Shown: positions 27,141 through 39,093 of the stretch, one piece after another
Position numbering within the stretch: the stretch's first letter is position 1
How the letters are laid out: every line of letters starts with the position of its first letter
Assembly: GCA_028534125.1 (NCBI GenBank)
Contig: CM052816.1
Location: 63,428,001-63,492,000 of the forward strand
Direction of reading: 5' to 3'
DNA: 64,000 bases
Origin: Lama glama
Taxonomy: Eukaryota
Position numbers and translations under genes: made by a program
Notes under the pieces: model-generated
Told to the model about the DNA's origin: nothing
The model's database searches: none
Seen by the model: the letters and a program-made list of their open reading frames with translations, nothing else

Positions 27141-28281
27141 AACATTTAGGCAAAAGGAGTCAAAGCCCAGTGCAAGCCTATGCTTTCTCATTAAAACTGA
27201 TCTCTAATCCTTTTATAACTATGCTTCACTTTCCAATTTTAATAGCTCTCTTCTATCAGCCAAATCCCTGAAATAATGTTTTCTCCTATTAGCCTTAATT
27301 CAAGCTTGAAGTTCAAGTTTTATTCTATGCCAAGGAGCCAGGTTCAACAGTTTTCATAATTTTAAATTAAGAGAATATAATAATTACCTACCAAATTACA
27401 AAAAGAGATTATGCAAAAGAATATACATATTAAAGAAAATAAGCTATTAACCTGGAAAATCCTCATGTCTTTAGCAACTCTCCAATAACAGTTAACATTC
27501 CACTTTCAATTTTATGCACATGTTATCATTAGATGAATTCAGACTATATCCCAAGTACAAACTGGAGAGTATCTAATTAGGACCCAAAAGTGGCATTGTA
27601 CATACTAATAATATATAGGCTTAAATTAATCATTCTGTGAAAATAGTGATAAGAATGGGAAGTATAAGATGGAACTTAGTTAAAAACACAAATAAGCAGA
27701 TTTTTTTCAAGTGTCTTAAATTTAAATATGAATTTGATAATTAATCCTTGCTCCCTAAGTACATTCTTCTCCTTTCTAGCTTGTATCTCAATATATACTA
27801 AAAGATCCTGAGGTATAACTATGTAATACCATATGATATCTCCCTTAACTTTTAAAATTTAAACTAAATTCCAGTTCTAATTTTTTACATGAAAGTACAA
27901 TCTGAACTATCTCATCATAATTTACTCTCCCATCCAAGATCATCATTTATAACCATATTCTTCAGATAACCAGTAAAACAAAGTGAATTTTAGGAGACAT
28001 AAAAAATTTAATTGGCCATAGCAGTAGAAACATATGTATTACTGCACTGTTTCCTGCAACTCAATAATATATAATTTCTCATCACAAAATACTTCTTTTC
28101 TCTTAAAATTATGATTTCTAAAATAAGAGAGTTTTGCTTTATACTATAGTATTCTCTGTGTAGCCTTAAAATATTCTAGTTACTTCTAATATTATTCAAA
28201 GGTATATTTTAAATGCACTTTGAGGACTCAGTTTTTTTTTTAAGGTCTTATTAATATAAAAACTACAGAGCTGTAGTGCCA

Positions 28282-28299
28282 CAGTGCCATCTACTGGAG
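28282..28299 (-). promoter_or_regulatory. CTCF consensus motif in IPO11 intron 3
   Basis: Minus strand CTCCAGTAGATGGCACTG matches the CCASYAGRKGGCR core at every position. Binding is not shown. Confidence 0.6.
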
Positions 28300-28823
28300 A
28301 ACAAAGACTATGTTACTTCTTTGGCAAAGTTTACTATTTCCTATCAAATTCCTGAGTCCTGACTACACATCTTTCTATCTTTAACATGTAATTAACTATT
28401 AAGAGAAATTTGTTCACTTAACCACCCACAGAGAAGTTACAACTGAACCACATGAGATTACAAATGTATACTACCCAATTTCCACCACAGAGGCAATTAT
28501 GCAGAAAGACTAGGGAATTAACTTCCAGTTGGCTCAGAAATAATCTGGGACTTCCTTCTCAATGACACTTTCCAAAATCCTAGCCTTATAAAAAAAAAAT
28601 CCTTTAAAAAAAAAATCAACATGAATCATTAACTGAGCATTTGTTTTATGCCCATAAAATTAGAAATCCTCAAAAACACAGACAAGAAAGTCCACAAGAA
28701 ATCCACATACCTTATCCAAAGAGGAAAAAAAACAAAATGAAAAACTCATGGAGAAAAGCAATAATATGGATATTGACTGTAATTAACTATGTAGAACACT
28801 TTTCTTCTTCAGTAGTTATGCAC

Positions 28824-28935
28824 TTTTTTTCTTTTAAGTATCAAACACTCCACAAATTTGCATATCATCTTAGCTCAGGGAGCATGTTAATCTTCTCTGT
28901 CCCAGTTTTAGTATATGTGCTGCTGAAGTAAGCAC
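28824..28935 (-). pseudogene. U6 snRNA retropseudogene, near full length, with A-tail
   Basis: Minus strand GTGCTTACTTCAGCAGCACATATACTAAAACTGGGACAGAGAAGATTAACATGCTCCCTGAGCTAAGATGATATGCAAATTTGTG aligns to U6. It shows CpG decay, a deletion of about 5 nt before the ACAGAGA box, an A-tail and ATGCA at both flanks. Confidence 0.93.
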
Positions 28936-29038
28936 AAATGCATTCTTTTACATACAGAATGAAGATTAACAGATAAGTCTTATTCCTTCCTGAATTTGAA
29001 AAGGATGACACAGAAAGAGGGAGAAAGATGGAACTTAC

Positions 29039-29139
29039 TGAGGTGCTACACGTCTCCAGTAGCGATCAATTCCATTTTTAAAATATAGCACAGCAAGCCA
29101 CCTAACATTTATATCCAGAGTGTGGTTTGTGAAGATATT
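29039..29139 (-). CDS. IPO11: Importin-11 coding exon 3 (NIFTNHTLDINVRWLAVLYFKNGIDRYWRRVAP), 101 nt; IBN_N domain
   Basis: Hand translation. AG at 29141-29140, GTAAGT donor at 29038. Confidence 0.97.
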
Positions 29140-29224
29140 CTGTAAATAAAAAACAAAGTATCAGAATGAACATGTAATAAGTTAAAAGTATCATTAATAT
29201 ACCACAATCAAGTATGGATAGATT

Positions 29225-29363
29225 GGGGGGGGGCGGATAATTCGGTTCATTTATTTATTTACTTATTTCTTTTTTTTTTAAGAGGAGGTACTGGGGATTG
29301 AACCCAGGACCTCAAACATGCTAATTAAGCATGTGCTCTACCACATTGAGCTATACTCTCCCC
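29225..29363 (-). mobile_element. tRNA-derived SINE (Vic-1-like)
   Basis: GGAGGTACTGGGGATTGAACCCAGGACCTC...GAGCTATACTCTCCCC. Confidence 0.88.
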
Positions 29364-29886
29364 TCCAGATACATTTTTAATTAAATGCTTCATTTAAATT
29401 TTATCACTACATATATCATATTGTTATTTTCTACATATCGATAGCTCTACAATTCATGTAAGAAAGCATATCTGCTCAGGAGTATTTTAATTATGTAAGC
29501 TGAGTAATAGGTATGTGGAAATTCATTATGTACTCTACTTTTAGGTATGTGTGAAATCTATCGTAGTAAGAAATTTAAACTTGGAAACAAACAGCATCAT
29601 CTACATAAACACAAAAACAAAACTAAAATAAAAAACTCTAAATTAAAAAAGAAAAAGTAGACCTATCACAGCATAGATTCAAAGAGTCTAAGGAGTCAAA
29701 TACCCTGGCTTATCAATTTATGCTATGAAATAAACAATTTCAAAGTACTCCCTTATCAAAGTGATTATACTTAAAGTTTGATAGCAAAACAGTTTTAAAT
29801 AATATAAAGGCAGATGTGATATGAATAATTTCAACTCAAAAATAACCATTATTCAAAAAATGCATTCACTGTGTTAATCCAAATTA

Positions 29887-30150
29887 CAGGCAGTCCTCGC
29901 CTTGCACAGTAGTGGGACATGTAAAAATGACTGTAGATGCCAAACCATACAATATCATTTTGATAATCAAAATTACAACTGCTCTGTGACTTTTAAAATT
30001 AATCAACAGATTTATTAAAAGTGTTCTCAAAAATTTATAAATGATAGTTATAAATGTATATGGAAATTAAAAGGATAGAAAAACTAATATTTACACTATA
30101 ACTTAAAATGTCACAAACACTGAGAGTTAAAGAGTTTTACTGCTTTCCAA
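29887..30150. mobile_element. Tigger-family (TcMar) DNA transposon fragment
   Basis: TA-CAGGCAGTCCTCGCCTTGCAC terminus resembles Tigger TIRs. Confidence 0.5.
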
Positions 30151-31888
30151 AAAATGTTTCTAAAATAGTGAGTATCTAGAACAAAAAGGAATTATAGGAA
30201 TGTTAACTGACTAAAATTGTACTACACCTCAGACCAAAACAACTCAAATTCCTAGAGCCGAACTCTTAAACAGAACCTTGTGTGGAAAAACCTCAAAATC
30301 AAAAATAATAATGCGGAAATAAGTCTTTTACTATCAAAAAATATTTACATGTTAAGTATTAAAAATTGGTATGTATCCCATAATCCTATTTTTTTTAAAT
30401 CAAGTGCATACCAAAGAAAAGTTAAAAAGAAAGCTGTATAATGCCAATTTATTCCTTAAGACCCCTGACAACTGAGTTAGAATCCCTATTTCGGGTCTCT
30501 TTTGCAAAAGAAGACATGGGTTCGCTCACCACATAAATTGCATTTGATTTCAACACTTTACATGTCTACCTTCTATACTAGATTGAGTTGTGTCTCATGC
30601 ATGGAGTCGAGCACAGAGCTCAGCAAAGCAGAAACTTCATAAACATCTTTTGAGCAAATGAGTGAATGAATGGAAGTAATGTGGGAATACGGTGGAAGGT
30701 GGTGGATCTCAGCATATTTCAGCTACACTTAGGAACCAAGAAAAGCCAAGCTTCAGGTGTCAATCCAAGTAGAAATATTCCATAAGTATTTTAAATAACA
30801 GACTGGAACACAAGCCTGAGATCAGGTATACAAATTAAGGAATCTCCAAACTGAAATGGACAGCTAAGGCTCAATTAGACCAAATGTGCCACAACAGTGA
30901 GTACGGGGGAAAAGGAAGAAATAAACTCAGCAGTTTTTAAATCTACTGTAATCTATTCCATCTGAAAGAAATTTTACTATCCCTCTAAGAAAAGTATACT
31001 GGTAAAAATAAAAACAAAAAGGTCTAGACACTTAATATTAATAATTCATACATTGCACAAAAGTATCAAGCAAGCCTATTTTTTTTCAAGATCAAGCAGT
31101 AACTAAAATGAGAAATTCCAGAAGTGTTTTATATTTTGGCATAAAAAACAGAAGGCCAATTACAGAGCACATTTATTTAAATAGACATATGAAGAGTAAA
31201 GACACTCAGAGGCTGTCTAAAGATTTACACTATGCCCAAATTTTACAAACACGATGTTCAGATTATGTATAAGACTAAGATATTTTCTTTAGAATCTTTA
31301 GAAATCAGTTTTTTATCTTTTGTTACTGTGCCAAACAACCAACTTTCATGTTATATTCAGAATATCAAGTATGATTCTAGACATTTAATTTCCCCTACAG
31401 GCACTAACTAGTATCTTCTTAAATTGAACAACTCAAACTTTTGCCATGAAGTCATAATATATATGTCAAATTCCATGGTTTTCTATTTCACAAGATACAG
31501 TAAAAAGTTCTACTCTGAATTTTTGACGCAGTCACAAATGCTGAATCAGTTTTTGATCCAATTGGTAGCCTCACTGCCATGGCCAGAAATTAAATCTCAA
31601 ACACTTACCAGAGTTCTCAAATTTTCAGAAGAAGAAAAGGGTAAGAAAGACCCTCTGTACAAAAAGACATCGTTTAACTGGAATGAAAGGCCACCGCTGG
31701 CATTGATAGAATAATTTTGATTAATTAACCAAAAGCTTTAAATTTCCAGAAAGATTTATTTAAAGCATACATTGTTATTTATTAAACCATTTCCCATAAC
31801 ACCTAGGAAAAGATTAGCTATGTTAAGAAAATTAAAATTTTAGATGTGGAAAAGAAAATGATGTTTTAAAGTGAAACACCTACACCTA

Positions 31889-32067
31889 GGGGGGAGGGTG
31901 TAGCTCTGTGGTAGAGTGCAGATCTAGCAGGCACGTGATCCTGGGTCCAATCCCCAGTATCTCCATTTTAAAAGATAAATAATAAATAAACCTAATTATC
32001 TCCTCCACCAAGTAATAATAATAATAATAACAATAATAACAATAATAAAAATAAAATAAAAATAAAG
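31889..32067 (+). mobile_element. tRNA-derived SINE (Vic-1-like) with (TAA)n tail
   Basis: GGGGGGAGGGTGTAGCTCTGTGGTAGAG...AATCCCCAGTATCTCCA...AAACCTAATTATCTCC. Confidence 0.88.
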
Positions 32068-32527
32068 TAGTGTTATTAAAAAAACACTAGACATAAAAAA
32101 CAAAATGAAATAAAAGTAAAATACCCTGAGCAAGGTAGACCTGACTCTGATGCTGCAGTGGGGAGACCTGAAAGACCCTAATGATATAAATTAACTGGGG
32201 TGAGGATAAGCATGAAGGCAAAGCATGGAAGTGTACTATCTACGATCTTCAGGTCAGCATTAACATGCTAAACCAGAATACCAGCAGTGTTGCCTTCTGA
32301 GCAGATACTACCAGTATCCTATTGGGTTATTTATTCAAGCATCAACAAACATTTCTTAAACATCCTCAAAGAACCATGCCCTGAATTAATATGTGGCAAT
32401 AGAAATGGTAGCCAAACATCTGGATCAATTTCACTAAACGACCAATACATGTAAGATTTTAGAACAATGAAAACAAGAGTGTCTCATTTTATTAAAAATA
32501 GCAGTGAACTATTTTAAAACAACTTAC

Positions 32528-32665
32528 CAGTAACACTGAATAGAAACCAGGTTGTGTCTCCCACTGTTTTAATTGCTCCTCAGCTGGTTTTAACACAGCA
32601 GTATCCTGACTAGTGGCCTGTGTTAAGACCTGAAGAACAACAGTACTGGCACTATTGAGATCCAT
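32528..32665 (-). CDS. IPO11: Importin-11 first coding exon (exon 2 spans 32528-32671; MDLNSASTVV...GFYSVLL)
   Basis: ATG at 32665, 46 codons, AG at 32673-32672, GTAAGT donor at 32527. N-terminus matches recalled importin-11. Confidence 0.98.
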
Positions 32666-34109
32666 GGAAACCTGGCAATGACAAGTTAACATACCTGAAT
32701 GTACATTATGCTTAAAAAATTAACAGTAATTTAAACAGAGAAAAAGCTTCAATGTTCTGAATTATTCCTATACTTCAATCATTTACCTACTCTCATGTTT
32801 CTGCTGGATTTCTATCTTTTTAATGTACCATCCATAATACTTAAATCTCTAGCAATTCAAGTCGCTTTTGCTTAAATTAACTTCTAAAGGAAACTGCTTT
32901 TTATTGTCCCATATACAGAATTTAATAATAAACTGGAAAAAAACAAAAACCAAAAAACCCCGACAAGCAAAGCCCAAAGTTACTAAAGTCTGGTTAAATA
33001 TCACTGCCTGCCCAAGACTCTAATCATAATGCGTTCTGCCTTAGTTTTTTTTTTTTTAAGATAAACATTATAAAAGTATTAACTACTTTATCGTTAATTA
33101 AATCAGAAGGAAGAGAAATGAGAAAGGAATGCTTTGACTGACTGCTAAGTACTTCATAATATCATTTTATGTGCCATCATTAATACATGTCGAAAACATT
33201 TTTTGAAATATAAAAGACAAATACATACCTAAGAAAACATCATGGCGGGGGGAATGAAATGAACCAACAAACAAAATATAAACCCCAAGTTAGAAAGGAT
33301 CTTAAGGGTTGAATCATCTAATCCTACACCAAGTATCTGAAACCATTCTAAAAATACGAGAGCAATTTATTGAATTCTCTAGGATTCTGTTTCTAATCAT
33401 ATACAAAACTGTGTACAATTATATACTTAGGGAAGCATATGCAGTTGTTCACAATATACATATACAAAGTATGTAAGATTAAAATTGAAAGCTAAAAATG
33501 ACCGAAAATAACTCTAGTTCTCAGTGCAGAGGTGACTGGAAATTAGCTTTGTGTTAACAGTTACCTAAAACTGAAGAATGTTCCAGATAGTAAAAGTTTA
33601 AAAGTCATTAACCTATAAGGAATATAGCCAAAGTAAATTACTTCCCTTGTTAAAGAGCTGTAAGTAATTGCAATGACTAATGAAAAGAGAATGTCTCAAA
33701 TGTTGATTCAGCAAGAAATTTGACCCAACATATTACAACATTTAAGGAAATTAACAATTTTGAAGTCCATGGGAGTAAAGCAGGGCTAGGGCATAATAAT
33801 TGGAAACAAGACAAAATATTACCAATTACCAATAAACTAGATTAAGATTTTAAATTAGTACTCTGTTCTTATCTATATTTTAGAGCTGACTAGGGTGGTA
33901 CCTTGTAAATATATATCGTCTCCCTCACTAATTAGGTGTTTCTTGAACAATATAAGTTTCTGTGTTTGTTACCACTTAAAAATAAGTGAATGGATTTTTA
34001 CTCAATTTAGAAGATTTATTGGTAATGTATGATTTCAAAAACAGACTATATAAGAGAGATTCACTTTATGGAGGCCCTAAGAAGATACTTTAAAGAAATA
34101 GGCAGTGTG

Positions 34110-34438
34110 TTTTTCTGTCTAGTTGAAATACAACACAAGCCACAAAACAAGCCATGTATGTAATTTTTACCTTTTCTAGTGGCCATGTTAAGAATTAAAA
34201 AGAAACAAGTGAAATTAGCTTTATCACATTTAACTCAATGTGTTCAAAATGTTATCCTTTCAACATGTAGTCAATATTTTGAAAATACTGATTAATAGAG
34301 GTATTTTACATTTTTATACTAAGTATTCAAAATCCTGTGTATATTTTAGACTTAAGGCACATCTTACTCTGAACTAACCACATTTCAAGTACTCAATAGC
34401 CACATGTGGCTAGTAGCTCCTATGTTAGAACAACTCTA
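34110..34438. mobile_element. MER33/MER3-type hAT-Charlie MITE
   Basis: CCACATTTCAAGTACTCAATAGCCACATGTGGCTAGTAGCT hallmark sequence. Confidence 0.8.
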
Positions 34439-35489
34439 GAAAAACCCCAAAGTGCGGTCCAAGAATTGGCAACCAGCAACACCAGCACTACCTCATAGAA
34501 ATGCAAAATTCTCAATGCTCTCGTCAAACCTACTCAATCAAAACAGACTGAAGGCAGGAGGCAGTGGGGCAAAAATCTTAAAGTGCTTAAAGTTTTCTAA
34601 GTAAATCTCAGTAACTGTCAAAGTATCAGAAGCACAACTTCAGAAACTCTAAAACTGAGGTACGACTTAGAAAGTCTAGCTCTACTAATGTACTGAATGA
34701 CAAAACATAGTTTCAATTGTACACTCTTGTAAAAGAACGTAGACCAGCACTGATTTGCAGTTCTCTCAAGGGAACTGTCCACGGTATGAGGAGCAGACAT
34801 TCACTGATTCTCTCCCAAGCAATTTAAGAGCAGCCAGCTAAAATAAAAATTAAACGTTAAAAAAGCCAGTATCTGAGCATGTATTACACATCAAGTATTG
34901 TACTAAGGGCTTTATTCATTCCTAATAATAATTCTATGTGGTACATACTATTATATAACCCCATTTTTGGGGTAGAAAACTAAAGGATCAGAGACCTTAC
35001 CTTGCCAAGGTCACAATCAACTAAGTGGCAGTCCTTGGACTTGAACACCAAAGCCGTATTAGTCTTCAAATCTAATATTGCCTTCCTTGAGTGATAGAAC
35101 AGACATCTCTGTAATCTTATGGGCCCAACAAGATACATGATACATGCTTAATATTTGCTGAATTAAAACGGATCAATGTTAAACAATAAAGGACTTCACA
35201 CTGAATCACATGGGAGCTAATTAATTGATTTAGCCAATAATACTGCTGAAAGCATTGTTCTAGGTGCTGAGAATATAAGAGTGAACAAAATGGTGCCCTT
35301 GATTTCATGTAGTTTACATTCTAATGGAAAATGACGTATCTGTTTTAAAAAGGAAAGAAATGAAAGAAAAAAGAAAATTAAAGAGGTAATGAAATGAAGA
35401 AAATAAGATAATGTTAAAGACTATAATTGAATGTGTTACTTTAGATTGGATGTTCAGAGAAGGTTTCTCTAGTGATATTTACGAAAGAC

Positions 35490-36075
35490 ATTGAAACCCA
35501 GTAGGAGGACCCTGTGAGGCCCTCCCAGGCACAAAAGCCTTTCCGCGTCCCAATTTCTTGTTTGTAGGAAAAAGGCTTTTTCAGCCTCGTGAGTTTCAAA
35601 GAGCAGATTCAAATAGTTACTAATTAGGGGAGTGAGGGAATGTGGAAAAGAGCAGGGCCCTGGTTCCCCCTCAGGGGGGATGCATAACAATCTGGTACAT
35701 ATCTCTAAGTTCTTCCACAGGAACTAAGGGCCCTACCCAGGTGGAGAATGTTAACTTTAGGCTAAGTACAAGAACAGAGACCCCAAACTCGTTGGAACCA
35801 GAAGGCTGATGATTGAGATTCCTGGAACACCATTCTGTTACCTCACCACCAACCATTAAGAGGAAGGTTACACACCTTGCAGCTCTCCTCCCAAAACTGC
35901 CTATAAAAATTCTTCCCCAAAAACTAATGAGGAATTCAGGATTTGGGGGCACGAGCCATCTGTTCTCCTTGCTTGGCCCTTACTTTCTCTGCTCCAAACT
36001 TTCTCTGCTCCAAACTCTGACATTTCAGTTTGGCCCCACTGTGCACTGGGCACACGAACTTGGGTTCAATAAAAA
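35490..36075 (+). mobile_element. Solo LTR (ERV1-like)
   Basis: GC-richer block ending CACGAACTTGGGTTCAATAA, with a CCTATAAAA TATA-like box at about 35900 and an internal 16-bp tandem duplication ACTTTCTCTGCTCCAA (35982-36013). Confidence 0.72.
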
Positions 36076-39000
36076 CATGAGAATGACAAGAGAGACCCAG
36101 AGCTCTGGATAGGGAAAACAACTGAAAATAAGGCCTTAATATTAGAAGCAAACTTAAGAAGGCCAGTACTGATACTTACTGAGAAAAGGGGATAATACAA
36201 GATGAGGCTGGAGAAGTAGGCAGGAACAGATCACGTGGCAACTTTATAGGGGAAAATAAAGTCCTTGACTTTCATACATGTACAAAAAAGCAACCGGGAG
36301 ATAGGAAGAATATGAATATAAATACATTAATGTGAATACAATAATGGAGAAATGCTCTACCAGAACTTATCCCTACCCCAACAACTTCAGCCCCCAAAAA
36401 GAAAAAAGCTGTATCTCTATTATGGGCCACTACGTGAAAAACAGAATCACTGACTACTGCCAACCCACAGAGCAATTTTCACCTAGAGCAAAGATTGCGC
36501 AGAGCGCTCACATACATATACACCTTCACATGTCACACTTCTCTGGATCTTCACAACAAAGCGACTGTTAAGTCCATGTACTCATCTCTATGCCCCACCA
36601 TTCACCAGTTCTAATGGAAGCTGCCAGAGTTCCCCATCCCTCTAGCGTCCTGCTTCATCCAGGTCCCCTCCTCTTGCTTCTGATCCTTGCTCCCAAGAAG
36701 CCCATCCATTCTCGGAGGGAGAGCTCAGCTCATATATTTTTGGAGAACCAATTTTGTGCCAAGCACTGAGACAGTTGTTAAAATAAGAATCAAGAGTCTT
36801 TTTCTCTAACCAAAATATGGGGGATGATGAGATGGGAGGTGGAGAGAATTATTTTCATTAAAACAAACTAAAAAATAAGTTTCTAGAATACTGCTGGAAT
36901 CCAGAGCACATTACCCCCACAGAAATATCTAGTGAGTAAAAAGGCTTTTCGATCTAAGAAACAAACCATCACTCATAACTTCTATTGAAAGTATTTCCAA
37001 GTACTAATTAACTTATAAGGGAAGCTTTAAGCAGGAATCAGTTCCTAAATTACAGATTAAATACATCATGAAAAACCAACAATTCAGGAATGACAGACTG
37101 ATAATGAATTATTAAAATACCATATTACTAAAGCCTATTAAATTTTTTAAAGATCCCATAACAAACCTATGAAAAGCAAATCTGGCATGTGGACTAATAA
37201 TCGCTATTTCACAGAGGAACAATTTACAGTTATCAAGAGAGTTGTCCAGGGTCATGTAGAAAACTAGTACATGGCAGAGTGAGGCCTGATAACTGTAACA
37301 TAAAGCGGCCTCACCACACCACCCTACTCCCAAACACCTACAAACACCATGCCCTCTCATAATAGGTTCCTGGAGAGGAAGATTCCTAAACCCATCAGAA
37401 TCAAAGGACCTCATTTTCTACGTATAAAATATTCATACAGTACTCAATTGTGGGATTCCCCTGAAAGGACAACAATGGCAACAAAGAACAAGGGGAGATG
37501 CGTATAGTCATTCAAATGTAGCAGTGTGGAAATAAACTTCCTTTGAGATAAAAGATGATTACTGACTACTAGTAGTCAGTTGGAAGGGTAGTTCACTGGA
37601 AAACTAACCTTCCAATATTTTTCTTTTCGAATTAGCATACAGAAATACAATAGGGTTGCTACTGCTACTTGCACATAGTAGTGAAGCAGACACAATTAGT
37701 CTCCAAAAAAAACTGGAGACCTGAGACTGACAGAGAAAGACAGTAAAGAGGAAAAGGAGAAGAGGAGGAAGGAATGAGAAACGAAAAGCAGGGTGGAAGG
37801 CAGAAGGAGATGGAGACACAGACTAACTCGTGAAAATGGCCAGAGGTATTTCTCAAAGCACTTAACAGGATTTTCACGAGATCATCACCGGGTAGGCCTG
37901 AAGGCCAGGGATGCTAGTCTTTCACAGGGGAAGCGCTGTCTATGTGCATTGAGAAAAACCCCACACCTATGTTAGAAGAATGTATCCTTTGCCTTTCTGT
38001 GTTTCTATCAATGATCAAGACCCTGGAGACAACCAAGCTAACAGCAAAATTAAATTCGGCTAGGTTTTTTAATAAATAATGTATACACTGAGGTTGCTTT
38101 GATTTTCATTAATATGTATAGTTTAAAATCATGAGCAAGAGGAAACACTGCTTGTGAGTATTTTACTAGCTTTCAACCACACTATAAAAAAGCATTATTC
38201 AAAATCTAAATGCATACTCTTTTTTTTCCCTAAGAACAATAATAGGAGAAGGTGAAAATTAAAAGGGCAGGCATTTTGCCCTTCTTACTATTTCTCAATT
38301 CAGTCAGTTCAATTTATTCATTACTGGACTTAACTGTAGTCTTTGAGTCTATTAAAGTCTAAACAACCAAGCAATATGTGACCCAGAGCTTAAAAATAAC
38401 TTGTACCTTGTAAGTGGACTTTCTAAGCTTTATTCTATAAGATACCTTCCCAATTCTGGTAAAATCCAAAATCCAAAGATAATACAGATCTGCCTGTAGG
38501 TGGAAACTGACTAATTTTCATTGAAAGAAACAAGTACATACAGTACCTCTGTCTGCTACCAACAGACAAGACTCCTCAGGCCTGCATCGACTTTAATCTC
38601 GCCATGACAATTTTCTTCAGATTACTACATATCTGTGTTTGTCCTTAGTTTTAGGACATTCCACACAAGCCACTATTAAAAGTTAAAGCAGTGAGTAAGC
38701 AGACTGACTTAGAAAAAGGTGTTAGACTACAATAAAAATAGAAGAAAAAAGAATTTCGAAATCAAAAAAGGTACTCCCGGTAGTTTATTCCGTAACAGAA
38801 CAGAGGCTAAAAGAATTAAGTGAAAGAACAGCTGTTGGGGAATGGAATGTTCCCAGTGTGTCCACAGGTTACTTGCTAAATGCAATGAAGAAACAAACGT
38901 TTAAAATGAAGGGATCTGTCAGTCAGCTTAAACAAAAAAGCAAATTTATTATCAACAGCTGCACAACTTGAGCTTAAGTGCCTCCTGATGTGATGCAGTA

Positions 39001-39093
39001 AGAAGTATACAACCCATTTCTAAACACCAAAAATGATCGGCCATAATCTGATCAAGACTCTAGATCCAATTTCCAGTTTAAAGTGAGAGACAG

